From Octopus sinensis (Eukaryota): 64,000 nt of DNA. Position 1 is the stretch's first letter; each line of letters opens with the position of its first letter. The notes under the pieces are model-generated. The model saw only the letters and a program-made list of their open reading frames with translations, was not told where the DNA came from and did no database searches. The translations under genes and the position numbers were made by a program. Of the stretch, positions 11,956 to 24,890 are shown piece after piece. Location: contig NC_042997.1 in the NCBI RefSeq assembly GCF_006345805.1, forward strand, positions 107,322,001 to 107,386,000. The letters are read 5' to 3'.

Positions 11956-13680
11956 CTGCACTGTTTGTGAATTAATTCATCATAGATCAACAGCTGCACC
12001 TTTTATGTGTCCATAGTTTGCCCTGGGTACATCGTATAGAGTCTATGTCTTTTCTAAATATCAAGCAGGGCCATCTACATAAAGGGATTTGTGTTTTGTC
12101 CACTTTCCTACTTACTAAGACTTTGGTTTTTGCTAAATTAACTCTAAGGCCCTTTGATTCTAGACCTTGCTTACACACCTGAAATTTCTTCTCAAGTTCT
12201 GGTCATGTTCAGTTAGAAGAACAAGGTCATTGGCACAGAGGAGCTCCCAGGAGTAACCCAACTTAAATTCCTCTATTATTGCCGGGAAGACTCCTTCGTG
12301 TACAACCTGATTAACTTTACGGGTGACTAGACCATAACCTACACCACCAAATATTTTAAGCATCTCAGCAGTGATTCCTGATAGGCTGGGGGCTTTCCCT
12401 TTCTTCATATCCTTCATGGCTTTGACTACCATGCTACTATTTATTCAGATTGCTGGTCCCTCTGTTGGATTCATATTAGGCAAACGTTCCTTCTGCTATG
12501 AGTTCTTTACATTTAGTAGCCTTCAATAGTGGCACTTTCAAGTCACTAACTGCAAGTGAACCATCATCCATGCGAACGCACTTCATTCCCACAACATCAC
12601 ATTTTTCCCTGGCACACTGTCTTGCAAACCGAAACACTTCAAGCTGTTGGTCCTCATGTTGCAGAACATTGGCAAACTTTTCCCTTTCTGCTTCATCCCT
12701 GACTAAGTATATGAGTTTCCTCATGTCCCTTCCAGCTGCCCTGACATAGCTCCTTGCTACCACCACCCTTCCAGTCCTTGCAAGCTCGTTTCTTTGCTCT
12801 AATTGTTCCACCACCATATCACTCTAGGTCTAATTGGGACTTTACACCAACCATAAATTTGGTCTGTAGCTCTCAGTAAGCTGTTTCGTAGGAACTTCCA
12901 GTTATCCTCTATATTGCAAATCTGTAACTTCTACTCACCAAATGCTTCAGTTAGGAAGTCTCTAAATCTCTGATTATTCAAAGGATCCTTAAGATTCCAG
13001 ATCCTTCTTTTCCAAACTGGCTTGCTTCTTGGAATCCTTTGTGCCTGCAGTTTGAAGTCACTAATGAGTAACCTATGCTGAGAGGTATATCATTCACCAG
13101 CAAAGGACTTTGCATTTATGAGCAACTGTAGTTGATCTGGCCAGCATGGTCACCTGATTTATAGGTTTTCAAGTGACTGGCTGGTTTACTGAAGTTGGTA
13201 TTGCATATCATTAGGTCATTTGCATCACAGAACTCCTGCAGCCTTGTTCCCTCCTTATTTTGGGAACCCATGGCCCCCATGCACTCCATGGAAGACACCT
13301 GGGTGCTACTGAACATGTTCATTGAAATTAGCAGCCATGAAGATCAGGTCACTGTCGTTTCTCTTCAAAGTGATCTGCAAAAGTGCCTTTTTGTTTATTT
13401 GGCAGGCTCAGTTGTGGTGCATGGGCAGAGATGATTGTTTCTGTGCTATTCTGCAAAACTAGTCTAAGATTAAGTACCCCATCACCTTACTTACCCATTT
13501 CTCTGCTAGAAGTATGCCAGTGCCTCCTGTCCCGTTACACTTGCCCTCCCAGAAGAGTTTATACCTATGTCTTTTGCCTGTGGGGAACCTGGTTGAAGCT
13601 CACTTTCATTGAGTTCTTGGAGGCAACACACATCAATGTCTCCTTTCAAGCATCTCAACAATCTCACCAGACCTACATTT
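11956..13680 (-). mobile_element. Decayed, internally deleted RTE LINE (endonuclease plus RT)
   Basis: ORF pieces EGTRLQEFCDANDLMICNTNF, KMKKGKAPSLSGITAEMLK, WELLCANDLVL, GLRVNLAKTKVL. Confidence 0.88.
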
Positions 13681-13699
13681 CAGTAATGAGAAAGACTGA

Positions 13700-14180
13700 A
13701 ACAGTTAAAACTCTTCTCCCTAGAATGAAGGTAGGAAAGATATGCAATGATATACATCTGGAAAATCCTGGAAGGTCTTGTACCAAACTTTGGCATTGAA
13801 AATTACACAAAGAACAGAATGGGGTGCCATTGCATAGTGCCAAAGATCCCAGCATCACCATCAAAACACAGGACCAAATACTGCAACAGCTTGGGTTTCA
13901 AGAGTCCACAGCTCTTCTGTATCCTTCCAAAATGCCTGAGAGACCTGTATGGTATGGATGTCTTCAAAACAAAACTGGATCTCCTCCAGTGAAAGCTTCC
14001 AGATGAGCCAACCCCATGGCAGGAAGCACAGATAAGGACAGTAGCATCAATCTCCCTCATCCACCAAATTCCACGTATCAGACGTGGTTTCAAATAATGG
14101 TGTAGCACAGCCAACGGTGGGGCCCCAGCATGACTGCAGCTTTAAAGCTGAAACACTTTAAAGAATTGAAGAATTATAAG
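13700..14180 (+). mobile_element. 3' fragment of a second CR1/Jockey-group LINE
   Basis: YIWKILEGLVPNFGI...NSLGFKSPQLFCILPKCLRDL...FKTKLD is a typical ORF2 C-terminus, followed by a short 3' UTR. Confidence 0.8.
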
Positions 14181-16378
14181 GCTGACTTCTGGAATAAGAT
14201 TATCTCCTTACCCAATGAAAGCATTCAACTAACAAAGAAACAACAGTATTTTGGTGATGGGGTCCTGTCATAAATTGTGAATTTACCAAGAACAATATGG
14301 GTAGTGAGATACAATATATCCTGAAGGTCACATTACTGACTATGCTAGAACAAACACATCAAAGCACACTTGAAAGTTAATGGAGTGATTTTACAAGTTT
14401 GAATGATTACTTCCAAGTGAGAGATTGGTTCAAGCTGTGTACAATTTTGTTACTCTCAATCAACAAAATTCTCTAAACTTATTTTATGAACCACAGGTAC
14501 GATTGAGGTAGGCTGAAGCGGAGTAACTTTAAGTGTTTTATCCAGGAATTCAACAGTTGAAGATATTTTGATATAAGTGATATAAAGAAGTGCTATTTCA
14601 GACATTAACAGTTCAAAAGTCTAAGTAAATGCTTTCTTCATGAAATTCAGTAAGGTGTGTGTTAACAGAAACTGGTAAACAACTGGTTCGGAAACTGAAA
14701 AACAAATCTTGCTTAATAGCAGCAATGTTATGTACCTTTAGGCCAAATATGTTATTTTCTTATCAAGCTGGCTGTAAGTAGATATTAAGCCAGACTTTAC
14801 ATTTGGGTGATTATTGTTAAGAAGAGCATCCAACTGTAACAAAATACTTGATTCAATAATTCAGATAATAATTTATGCTCAGAAAGATCTTAATTATGTT
14901 ACAGGAAACATTAAAAAATACTAGAACATAATTAGAGATTCTAGTTTAGAAGACAAATTACAAAAACCATTTCTATTTGGTGCATTTTTTATTGGTTTCA
15001 AATTTTAATACAATGTCGGTAATTTTGGAGAAGGGGGCAAATTGATTACATCAACCCCAACAACAACAACAACTACATCATCATCAGTGTTACACATTCT
15101 GGCCACAATAAGTAATGTGGTACTGGACATAGCTGTTCAATGTTGGCATCTGTTATTTCAGTCCAACTTGGCAGGGATCTAATTAATCAACAAAAATTTT
15201 ATTATCAGCACTGTGTCATCATTGAAGATTTGTCTCAAGAGCTTCATCAGATGGCCATCACTCATGAGTGTTTTCAGTTGGGGCAACTTATCCTCAGACC
15301 AGAGATCTGGCCAGACTCCACTAAAAGTACCAGGATGGTGAAGTGGGTGATGGAGTCAATCCATTTCATTGTTGTTAACTAATCTCCATAGGCCTAATCT
15401 TACCTGCAGCTTGTGGGGGTAAACACAGTTTGGTTTTCTCCCTTACCCAGCAGGAAGAGAAAGTAATCTAATCATTGTAACACCTCCGAGAACAATATGG
15501 TTGAAGATCAAGTTGAATATCAATGTTTGAAAGACAGACATTGATAAGGAACGCCAGAAGATGGATAGCAAGATGAAAGATGGACATTGATAAGAGGGTT
15601 GATGTAATGCCAAAATGAGGAAAAGACGTTTTGGCAGTATTTGGAGTGTGAAAAGTGTGGCTGAAGTGTGCAACTTGCTATTTCAAAGGAACAGAGGCCA
15701 TTGAAGGAGTGGTAGAATAAGCAGAGAGAGAGAAGACAAGTTGTATTGTATTGGTGAAGGAGTCTTCCCCACTTAGTTTGTGAATCTTCCATCAAACTGC
15801 AAACAGGAACCAGACAGCAGAGACACCAAAACCGAAATGCTTAAGGATCAATGTAGTAATGGTTAATGCTTATTGCTGTCTTGGTGGCTCTATAACCCAT
15901 AAAACACAAGACAAATTAGTTTTTAAATAGCTATTACTCAAGAACTTGAGTAATTCCTGCTTTGATGAGCTACCAGAGTGGGGGGGGATTTAAACCATTA
16001 TTACAAAGAGATACAACAACAAATAGCATGTTACTGACCAAATTCTGTTTTGAAGAATGGAAAATAATGTTTACAAACTTGACTTTTACCAACGGAAGAT
16101 TCAGTTTAAAGAAATCTAAATCTAATAGTTTGGGACATCACATACTTTGTGATAGTCTTGCTTATTGTCTGAGATTAGCTTTATTTGCTATAAACTTTGG
16201 TTGAATTAATGCGATTAAGAGATTAGCTAATGTCAGATTAAATATTTGAAATCGATTGTTAACTGGGAAGCCAATGGCTGCTGTTACAGTCACACCCTTT
16301 AAAAGAAAAAATTATCTAACTTGCAAAAAGTTGCAATAAAAACATAACATAATCGTGAAACATTAAAACAGAAACAAA

Positions 16379-18448
16379 TAGGGTGCAAGAGGCATTTGAG
16401 GGCATATTTGATAATTTAATATAACAACTCTAATCTAGCAAGAACAGAATGTATTCTAATAAAAGCGTGTGCACATGATCTCAATAAACTTTCATATAAA
16501 ACTGTTTTATGAATCCACCTTCACCTTGAATCATTGCTTCAATGCAGGACCAGAATTATTGACATTCGGCACTGAATGATCTTTATTCATTTCAGAAATC
16601 ACCCAGACAATGGCAACCTTCAGTGAAGCTATTGTTTTGTGAGAAAGTCAATTAATCTCCCTTTCGAAAATGTTCCAAATGTTTCATGGGAATTTAAGCT
16701 GATGAGCTTGGAGCCCATAAGTTGAGTGTTACATGATCGTTAAGATTGTCTGACATTAATTCTTGGATTATTTCATCCGACCAATGCTAAACAACTGTCT
16801 GCAGTACTGCAACATATCCATCAGCATTAATTCTAAGACCCTGGAAAATGCAAAGTAGCATGATGGTTTTCATTGCTCACCACTCTTAAAACCATCACAA
16901 TTGCTGGAAATTTAGTGTGTGTCACTCTAGGGACATCTCAAGGATCTACACATAACCATATGTTATTTCTCCTCTTACACTTATGGTCTTAGGCAAAGTT
17001 TTTCTCATCAAAGAAGAAACAGAGCATGCCATGCTTGTGAGAGTTTTTAATTTACTAAATAACTGCTTAGCACAGATCAAACAGTTTCCATGTGTCTTTG
17101 CAGACATGAATTGGCCTCTACTCAGTACATACAACTTGCATCAACTATCTTCATGCAGCACAGTTCTCCAACACATGAAGTTCTTTGGTACTTGCCCTCA
17201 TTGATTTTCCAGGATCATCATCAATAATGTTTTGAACCTGTTGGGTGAATTACAGTCTTTACGAGGTCTGATCAATAAGTATCCAGACTGTTGCCATAGT
17301 AACAAAGCTAAAGCATGCAGAGTAAAGCCGCTCGACACAGATTGATCTTGAACTCTGCTGTGCATGCCCACTAAGTTTTAACATTCTAGCTCACTTCTGC
17401 TGTTTACAGCAGTGCTTGGAAGGAACATGAGTAGCGTGTGATTGTTGTATTGATCCTAACAGAGAAAGTTGTCATGGTGATACCTGCTCAGAGATCTATG
17501 CAAAGTTGCAGAAAGTGTATGGAGAGGGGTGTATGAGCCACACACAAGTGTATGAGTGGTTCAGACATTTCCAAAAGGGCAAAAAAAAAAAGTTGATATT
17601 AACGAACATTCTGGGAGACCTTCACCCAGCAAAACTGAGTAAAACATCACAGACGTGCATGCATCTGTGAGGAGAAATTGTTGAATCAGCATCCGTGAGT
17701 TATCAGAGGGTGTGCAGATTAGTTACAGTTCAGTTTAGTCCATTAACACAGAAGATTTGGGTACGAGACGTGTGTCCACTAAGTTTGTGCCAAAACTGTT
17801 TTCGGCTGGCCAAACAGACACTCAGGTTTCAGTTGCACAAAATCTTGATTGTATCGAGAACAATGAAAACTTTATGAAAACTTTGCATAGGCCTCTGAGT
17901 AGGTATCACCAAACTTTTGGCAAAATTTGATGCAGATCCTCTGCTCAGCTTCTGTCACAGTCAATGCAACAATCACATGCTACACACCTTCCTTCCAAGT
18001 ACTGCTGTAAATAGCAGAAGTGAGCTAGAATGTTAAAACTTAGTGCACATACACAGCAGAGTTTAAGGTCAATCTGTGCCTAGCAGCTTCACTCTCCATG
18101 CTTTAGCTTCGTTACTATAGCAACAGTCCAGATACTTATTGATCAGACTACATATAGTATCGCAACATCTAGAATGCTTTCTGTTTTTGACATAGTTGAA
18201 AGATTCCCATCAGAGGAAGCTCATACCTATGATTTTGTATACAAAGGATCTTGTAATATTTAGAAAGTTGGCAATTTCTAAACAGCCATGTTTTGCACAT
18301 ATCGCAACAATGATTGCCATATATTTTCATTCCTTGTGTTAGCATTTTATTTACCGAGGGGAATCTGAAGGAAATAGAAACCTTTTAATTGGTTTGAAGA
18401 GGGTAATATATTGATAATTCAGTGTCCTCAAATGGTCCTTGCACCCCA
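16379..18448 (-). mobile_element. Decayed maT (DD37D)-like Tc1/mariner element
   Basis: Imperfect TIRs GGGTGCAAG..CATTTGAGG; minus-strand remnants HTKFPAIVMVLRVVSNE, QGLRINADGYVAVLQTVV, LWAPSS. Confidence 0.7.
17262..18152 (+). mobile_element. Mariner-derived non-autonomous element with ~200-bp TIRs, nested in the maT element
   Basis: TA-flanked; CGAGGTCTGATCAATAAGTATCC arm is inverted at 17960-18152; internal HTH remnant (LQKVYGEGCMSHTQVYEWFRHFQKG). Confidence 0.85.
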
Positions 18449-19191
18449 TATAACTTTTAAGTGATATTAGCTATCCACATTTGCTAATCATAATATTTAA
18501 ATGATTCCTTGATAGACTTAATTACTTATCTTACACTTAATCAGTAATTACAAACCATTCCGTAGACTGCTTACAATAACATTATTTACAATAAATATAT
18601 TAGCAATTAATTCAACTGTTTTTTTTTTTAAATCTAATTCTACTATATATATTTAATTTTATTAACAGCCCTTTACATTCTGAGTTCAAACCCTACCAAG
18701 ATCAATTTCAGCTTTCATCCTCCCTGGGTTGACTAAATAAACAGCAGTCAAGTACTGAGTCAATGGCACCTATTTAGTCTCTTGCCTCAGAATTATTGTA
18801 CTTGCATGTCAATTAGAAACCAAATGACTTTTTGTTGTTCATTGGTATCATCATCATCATCATCTAAATCATCTAATGTCCATTTTCTATGCTGGCATGG
18901 GTTGAATGGTTTGACAGAGGCAAGAGTAAATATATATCACCTTCATTGTGTTAATGTCCAATTTTTCATACTTGCATAGGTTGGACAGAATTTATCGAGG
19001 GAAATTTTCTACAGCTGGATGTCATTTCCGTCGGCAACCCTCACCCATTTCCAAGCAAGGTAATATTTCCCTCCATGGCCATGGAAGACTGGGAATGAAA
19101 GGCATCACTAGCCTGACATTGACATTTACAACTCTCATACAATGTCAAGACAAATGGACACACAAGAAAACACACAAGCAAAACTGTAGAG

Positions 19192-19806
19192 CAATGCTTT
19201 CTAAAGTGGGTGGCACTGCCCCGCCCCCTTGGAAGCATTGAAGAAAAGTGGAGTGATAATGGGGTGTAAAAAAAAATGAGTTAATTAGGTTTAAGTTTTA
19301 TTTGTGAGATACAATTGTTTTGAATTTGCTGCAGAAAGTGATTTCTGTTTGTGGTGGTAGTGATGAGGGGGGGGGGGCACTAGGAATGTGGCCTGGGTGC
19401 CAAGAGGGTAGCAGCCTGAAAAAGTTTGGGAACCACTGCTGGGTGCCAAGAGGGTAGCAGCTTGAAAAAGTTTGGGTACCACTGCTGGGTGCCAAGAGGG
19501 TAGCAGCCTGGAAAAGTTTGGGAACCGCTGCTGGGTGCCAAGAGGGTAGCAGCCTGAAAAAGTTTGGGTATCACTGCTGGGTGCCAAGAGGGTAGCAGTC
19601 TGAAAAAGTTTGGGTACCACTGCTGGGTGCCAAGAGGGTAGCAGCTTGAAAAAGTTTGGGAACCACTGCTAAGTGCCAAGAGGGTAGCAGCCTGAAAAAG
19701 TTTGGGAACCACTGTTGGGTGCCAAGAGGGTAGCAGCCTGAAAAAGTTTGGGAACCACTGCTGGGTGCCAAGAGGGTAGCAGCCTGAAAAAGTTTGGGAA
19801 CCACTG
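19192..19806 (+). mobile_element. hAT (Charlie-like) MITE with amplified right end
   Basis: Left TIR CAATGCTTTCTAAAGT, right TIR AGTTTGGGAACCACTG, 8-bp TSD CTGTAGAG/CTGTAGGG. Confidence 0.8.
19393..19806. repeat. Minisatellite, 9 x 46 bp
   Basis: Unit CTGGGTGCCAAGAGGGTAGCAGCCTGAAAAAGTTTGGGAACCACTG, head-to-tail, no spacers. Confidence 0.97.
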
Positions 19807-21229
19807 CTGTAGGGTTTATAAGTTCACTATGCATCTCGTGTAATTCTGAGTTCAGTGCTGCTGCGAGGTATTTTGGGCAACTATCTTCTGCTGCACCCCT
19901 AAAGCTTAGCGGGTAGATTTGGTAGACAGACACTCATAGAAGCCCATGGTGTATACATACATGCACATGTGTGAGCACGTGCATAGGTGTGGCTGTGTGC
20001 ATAAGTCCATATTCTCTCTGTCTTCACATGCCTCACTAGTTGTAAACAATGGTTTTGATTTCCTGTAGACAGTGCTGTTTGCTTCCAGTCCAGTGAGAAA
20101 AATATCGGAGCCTCTTCTCATGTTGCATGATCCATGTAAGCAAAAAGCTCAAAAGTATCATTCATACAATGTCATTTGCTTCCAGTGACCCAAATAACCA
20201 TGTTCGAGCTGCTTGTTCAATAAGCAGGGTGATTATAACTGCTAAGAAACAGGCAAGGATTAGGATCCAAGAAGAGTATCTGGTCATAGGAAATTCTACC
20301 CTAACATACTCTTGTCTGATCCATGCAAGCAGATTTATATATACCTTTTGTGTACACTTCTGGCTCTCTTTTCCAGCTTTCCATTACTCAACCTTATATC
20401 TTTATTACAAGACACCTGGGCTTGTTTTCCCAACACACTAGCATCTCAACTCTTGGCACAGAACCATTACCCCTCCACCTCTCAAACACTACCCTACCTC
20501 ATGTAGTCAAGAACGCTTTTCTTCTTTATTCCCACCCCCATTTTTTTCTTCTTGTTCCTTTCTTTTCTTGTAAATCACTTGCACCCAGTACACACTGTTG
20601 AGTGGTTGGCATTAAGAAGAACATCCAGCTATAGAAGCCAAACCAAAGCTAACTTTGTGGAGCTTGACACAGCCTTATGGTTCAATAGATCTTGCCAGAC
20701 TACTAAACCCATGCCAGCAAAATGATGATGGTAATGATATATATATATACATATAGGTTGCCATTATCTGGGTGATATTGGAAATATACATCTGGTTTTT
20801 TTCGACACTAAACTTCTAGCAATCTAATAGGTAGCTAACTCCAGTCTATCTCTTGCACATATACATTTAGATACTTGACACTTCAAGGAAGCTCAACATA
20901 AAAATGCAATAAGACATATTTTGTATACTTAGGATCACCTTGAAAATCAAGAACCAAAATGACCAATATCAACATCTCATGGCTTTTCATTTTAAAAAAG
21001 TCAAGACAGTAATAGAAAACTGCAGGAAGATATGCTCTGTGTACAGGGAGGATTCTGTTACAGGACATGTGTGCCAGAATTGGTTTCCAAGATTTTGATT
21101 GGGAAATTTTGTGGTCCTTGCTCTGGTTAGCCAACCAAGATTAATAGTGAGAAAATGACACCAATGCCCATTATACATCCAAGATGATTGTAGTCATTCT
21201 CAAAAAATACAAATTGAGTGTTGCAAACT

Positions 21230-21720
21230 ATTTGCATCAAATCCATCGGCAGGTTCAGTGTTTGGATCCTGCATTAATTGACTGAGACTGACATTTTTCC
21301 ATCAGTGATTCATTGCAGGAATGTGAAGAAAACAATCCTTTTTTGAAGAGAATGGTGACAAGGGGTAAAAAATGTATTGTCTATAACTATGTGAAGTGAA
21401 AACAATCAGGAGCGAAATGCAGAGAACCATCACAAACAACTTCCAATACAGGACTTCACCTAAAAAAAGATTATGCTTTCAATTTGGAAGGAAGTCATCT
21501 TTTACAGACTTCTTCCCATGGACAGAATCATTTTGGATGTCTACTGTGACCAGCTAGACAAATTAAATGTAGCAATCCACCAGAACCCAACACTTGCTTA
21601 TTGTAAGGGCATTGTCTTTCATCATCACAATGTCAGACTCCTTTACAGATGCAGCAGTAGTTACTAAAGTTTGACTGAATTTTGCTACACCATTCATATG
21701 TACCCTATCTTCAATAAATC
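21230..21720 (+). mobile_element. Mariner transposase fragment
   Basis: FLKRMVT..K.IVYN, GLHLKK, MLSIW, YCDQLDKLN, KGIVFHHHNVR. Confidence 0.8.
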
Positions 21721-21729
21721 TTTGATTAA

Positions 21730-22230
21730 AATCTCATACTCTACAACGCCAAACGAGATCTATAATTGCCTCTTCCAATAAGTGCAAACTAAGCTGGCTT
21801 ACTGTAGACCCTATTGTCCTTACTGTTTACCGTTACTGCACATCTGCCACATACAAAGACTACTTTCTCTGTTAAACTACCTGTGATCCAATGCATCCAC
21901 AGCTTGCATCAAATGGAATTCCTTCCAACAACTTTCCTACATATTGATCAGAGCCATTTATCTGATGGGAAGAGAGTCTTAACTTTCTTGCTAACAACAA
22001 TTTTGGCCTTTGCTATATTAACTTTAAGGCCTTTTAATTCCAGATTTTGTTCCTATAGAGATTTCTAATTCTACAGATCCTGCCATAAGAGCAATAGTAG
22101 TTCCCATGGGCAACCAATCTTAAATTCTTCTGTTATGGTCTGATGGACTATGATGAATAAGAAAGAACTATGAACTAAGCCCTAGCAAACTCCTACTTGT
22201 ACACTAAACTCACCACTGTACTCATGGCTA
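21730..22230 (-). mobile_element. RTE LINE RT fragment
   Basis: Reverse complement matches the RT/Cys-rich region of the adjacent plus-strand copy. Confidence 0.7.
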
Positions 22231-22289
22231 CATCCTTGTGTGTGTGTGTGTGTGTGTGCACACTAAAGGCAGAGTCTTCTGTACTGTAA

Positions 22290-24130
22290 GTATTCTGACC
22301 CATCAGGAATCACGGCTGAGATGCTTAAAATATCTGGCAGAGTAGGATATAGCCTAGCTACCCATATAGTTATTTGGTTTGTCCACGAGGGAGTCATACC
22401 CAATGATTGGTGTAGCAGCCAACTGCTACAAAAGCAAAGGTGATGCCTTAGACAGAAATAATTAGAGGTGTCAAATTGCTGGACCAGGTGACAAAATTCA
22501 CAAAAAAAAGGTCATAGCTCAATATATTAAGAAGATAGTGTAGATGAGATGCAGTTCGGATTTGTGCCAGGCTGGAGCATGAGTGATGCTATATTCCTGG
22601 TTGGGCAACAACAGGAGAAATATTTAGTCAAAAATAAACCTCTGTACCTGGCTTTTGTCAACATAGAGAAAGCCTTTGACAGAGTCATCCTGCTCCCTTA
22701 TTTGGTGAGCAATGTGGAAGATAGGGATAGTTGAGTGGTTAATGAGAGTGGTACAGGCCATGTCCAGGGATGCTGCCAGTAAGGTGAAGGTTGGCAACAA
22801 GTATAGCAATGAATCCAGTGTACAGCTAGGAATCCACCAAGGTTCAGTTCTCAGCCCCCTCCTGTTTACCCTAGACCTCCGGGCCTTAACAGAGGAATTC
22901 AAGACCAACTATCCCTAGAAGCTACTCTTTGCTGATGACCTCGTTGTTATAGCTGAATCACTACCTGACTTAGAGAAGAAATTTCAGGTGTGGAAACAAG
23001 GTCTAGAATCTAAGGTTCTTAGGGCTAATTTAGCAAAAACCAAAGTCCTGGTCAGTAGGAAAACTGACAACTCACAAGTCCCTTCAGAGAGATGGCCCTG
23101 CTCAATATGTAAGAAGAGTGTTGGGAGAAACTTCACACATTGTACTGAGTGCAAGCTTTGAACACAAAAGATGCAGCGATATCAAAGGAAAGTTATAGTC
23201 TATGTGTGTGGCAAATGTGCAGGTATCACAAGCATACCGGCAGCTGATGGCTCGCAGACCAGCACCGGTCCATGAACCTCTACTTTGATCTAGGAGACCA
23301 AGTTACCAGTTGGGGAGGGAGTTCTGAAAGCGTAGTTGCTAGGATAAGAACAGGCTGGGCAAAGTTTAGAAAGTGTCTGCATTTCTTGGTAACTAAGGGC
23401 CTGTCCCTCAGAGTAAAAGGCAGATTGCATGATGCCTGTGTACATACATCTATGTTACATGGCAGTGAAACATGAGAATTGACTACAGAGGATTTGTGAA
23501 GGCTTGAAAGAAATGAAGCTAGCATGCTCTGCTGGATGGGCAATGTCAGTGTGCATGCACAACAGAGTGGAAATGATTTAAGAGGAAAATTGGGTACAAG
23601 AGGCATCGGATGCTGTGGGCAAGAGAGAAGACTGTGCTGGTTTGGTCATGTGATGCATATGGACGAGGACAGCTGCATAAAGAAGTGCCGAGCTCTAATT
23701 GACAAGGATATCTGTGGAAGAGACAGACCCAGGAAAATGTAGGACAAAGTGGTGAGAAAGGATCTTTGGGTGCTGGGCCTCACTGAAGAAAGGATGAGGG
23801 ACTGGGAGATGTGGTGATTTGCTGTACTTGAGAAGACATGTCAAGCTAAGTAGAATCCCTGTCTTCCACATATACAGGCTGGCCCTTTCAGGTGCCGGCG
23901 CCACTTGAAAAGCACCCATGCCGATGCTATGCAAATGCACCCTTGCTGATGTTGTGTAAACACACCCGTGCCAGTGAGACATAAAATGTACCCAACACAC
24001 TGTTAAGTGGTTGGCACTAAGAAGGACATCCAGCTATAGGAACCATGCCACAACAGACAGCTCACCCCATGCCAAACCATCCAACTTCATGCTAGGATGG
24101 AGACTGAATATTAAACAATGATGATGATGA
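22290..24130 (+). mobile_element. 5'-truncated decayed RTE LINE with 3' UTR and (GAT)n tail
   Basis: MQFGFVPG, AFVNIEKAFDRV, GIHQGSVLSPLLF, LLFADD, MLHGSET, WFGHVMHM, GRDRPRK. Confidence 0.9.
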
Positions 24131-24599
24131 TGTATCATTCTTCCCAGCTCCCCAATTTTGGAGGCCCAAGAATCATGGGCATTACCCATCCCTCCTGACA
24201 AAAGCTTTTTTTTTTACCGTTTACAAATAAAATAAAATGACTAATATGAGGAGTCACAAAACCGTCTCCTACAAGAAATTGATTCAGTATCTTGTATCAT
24301 AAAAGAGAAAAAGAAACTAAAAATGAAATGGTTCGGTGGCTGAGTTTGTTGTCTCCAGGCAACAGACTGTAATTGACCTACACTGACCTGATTGATGAGA
24401 AACCTTAGCAGAGCCTATTAGTTACCAACTCACAGAAACTGGTATCGGTTCTAATCAGATGTTGGTTTATCATCTGCCCCAGAAGTTAGAAATAATGACC
24501 TTCTTCAACTTCAACTTTGCTGGTCAAAAAAGTATATATTGCTATAAATTATGCCCTCATTTAATGTCGAGATTTGGTTTCAAAAAGATATTGAGATAA

Positions 24600-24890
24600 A
24601 TGAATTGTGTCCACACACTTTGTAAACAGAACGAATAGTAGATTCATCAAAACCAAACTCCTGAACCACAGCACCAAAACTTCCACCATCATATATTTCC
24701 TTAGTCATCTTCACCTTCTCCTGTGCAGAACATTCTTGCCTGAGATGTTTGTTAGGATCATGCACCTTCATATTGTTTCTCTTCACTGGTCTCATGTTGA
24801 TGGGTATGAGTACATAAAGCCATATAAAAAAAATACTGCAGTCATATAAACACAAGCTACAGTCAGTGCATGCTGAGCGTTGTGGGTGGT
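24600..24890 (-). mobile_element. Tigger/pogo transposase N-terminal (CENP-B-type HTH) fragment
   Basis: EKVKM...GGSFGAVVQEFGFDESTIRSVYK. Confidence 0.6.

Noticed and set aside
19393-19806. 46-bp array as a CRISPR
   Set aside because: Units are contiguous with no unique spacers, no cas genes, eukaryotic context; ORFs over it are repeat artefacts.
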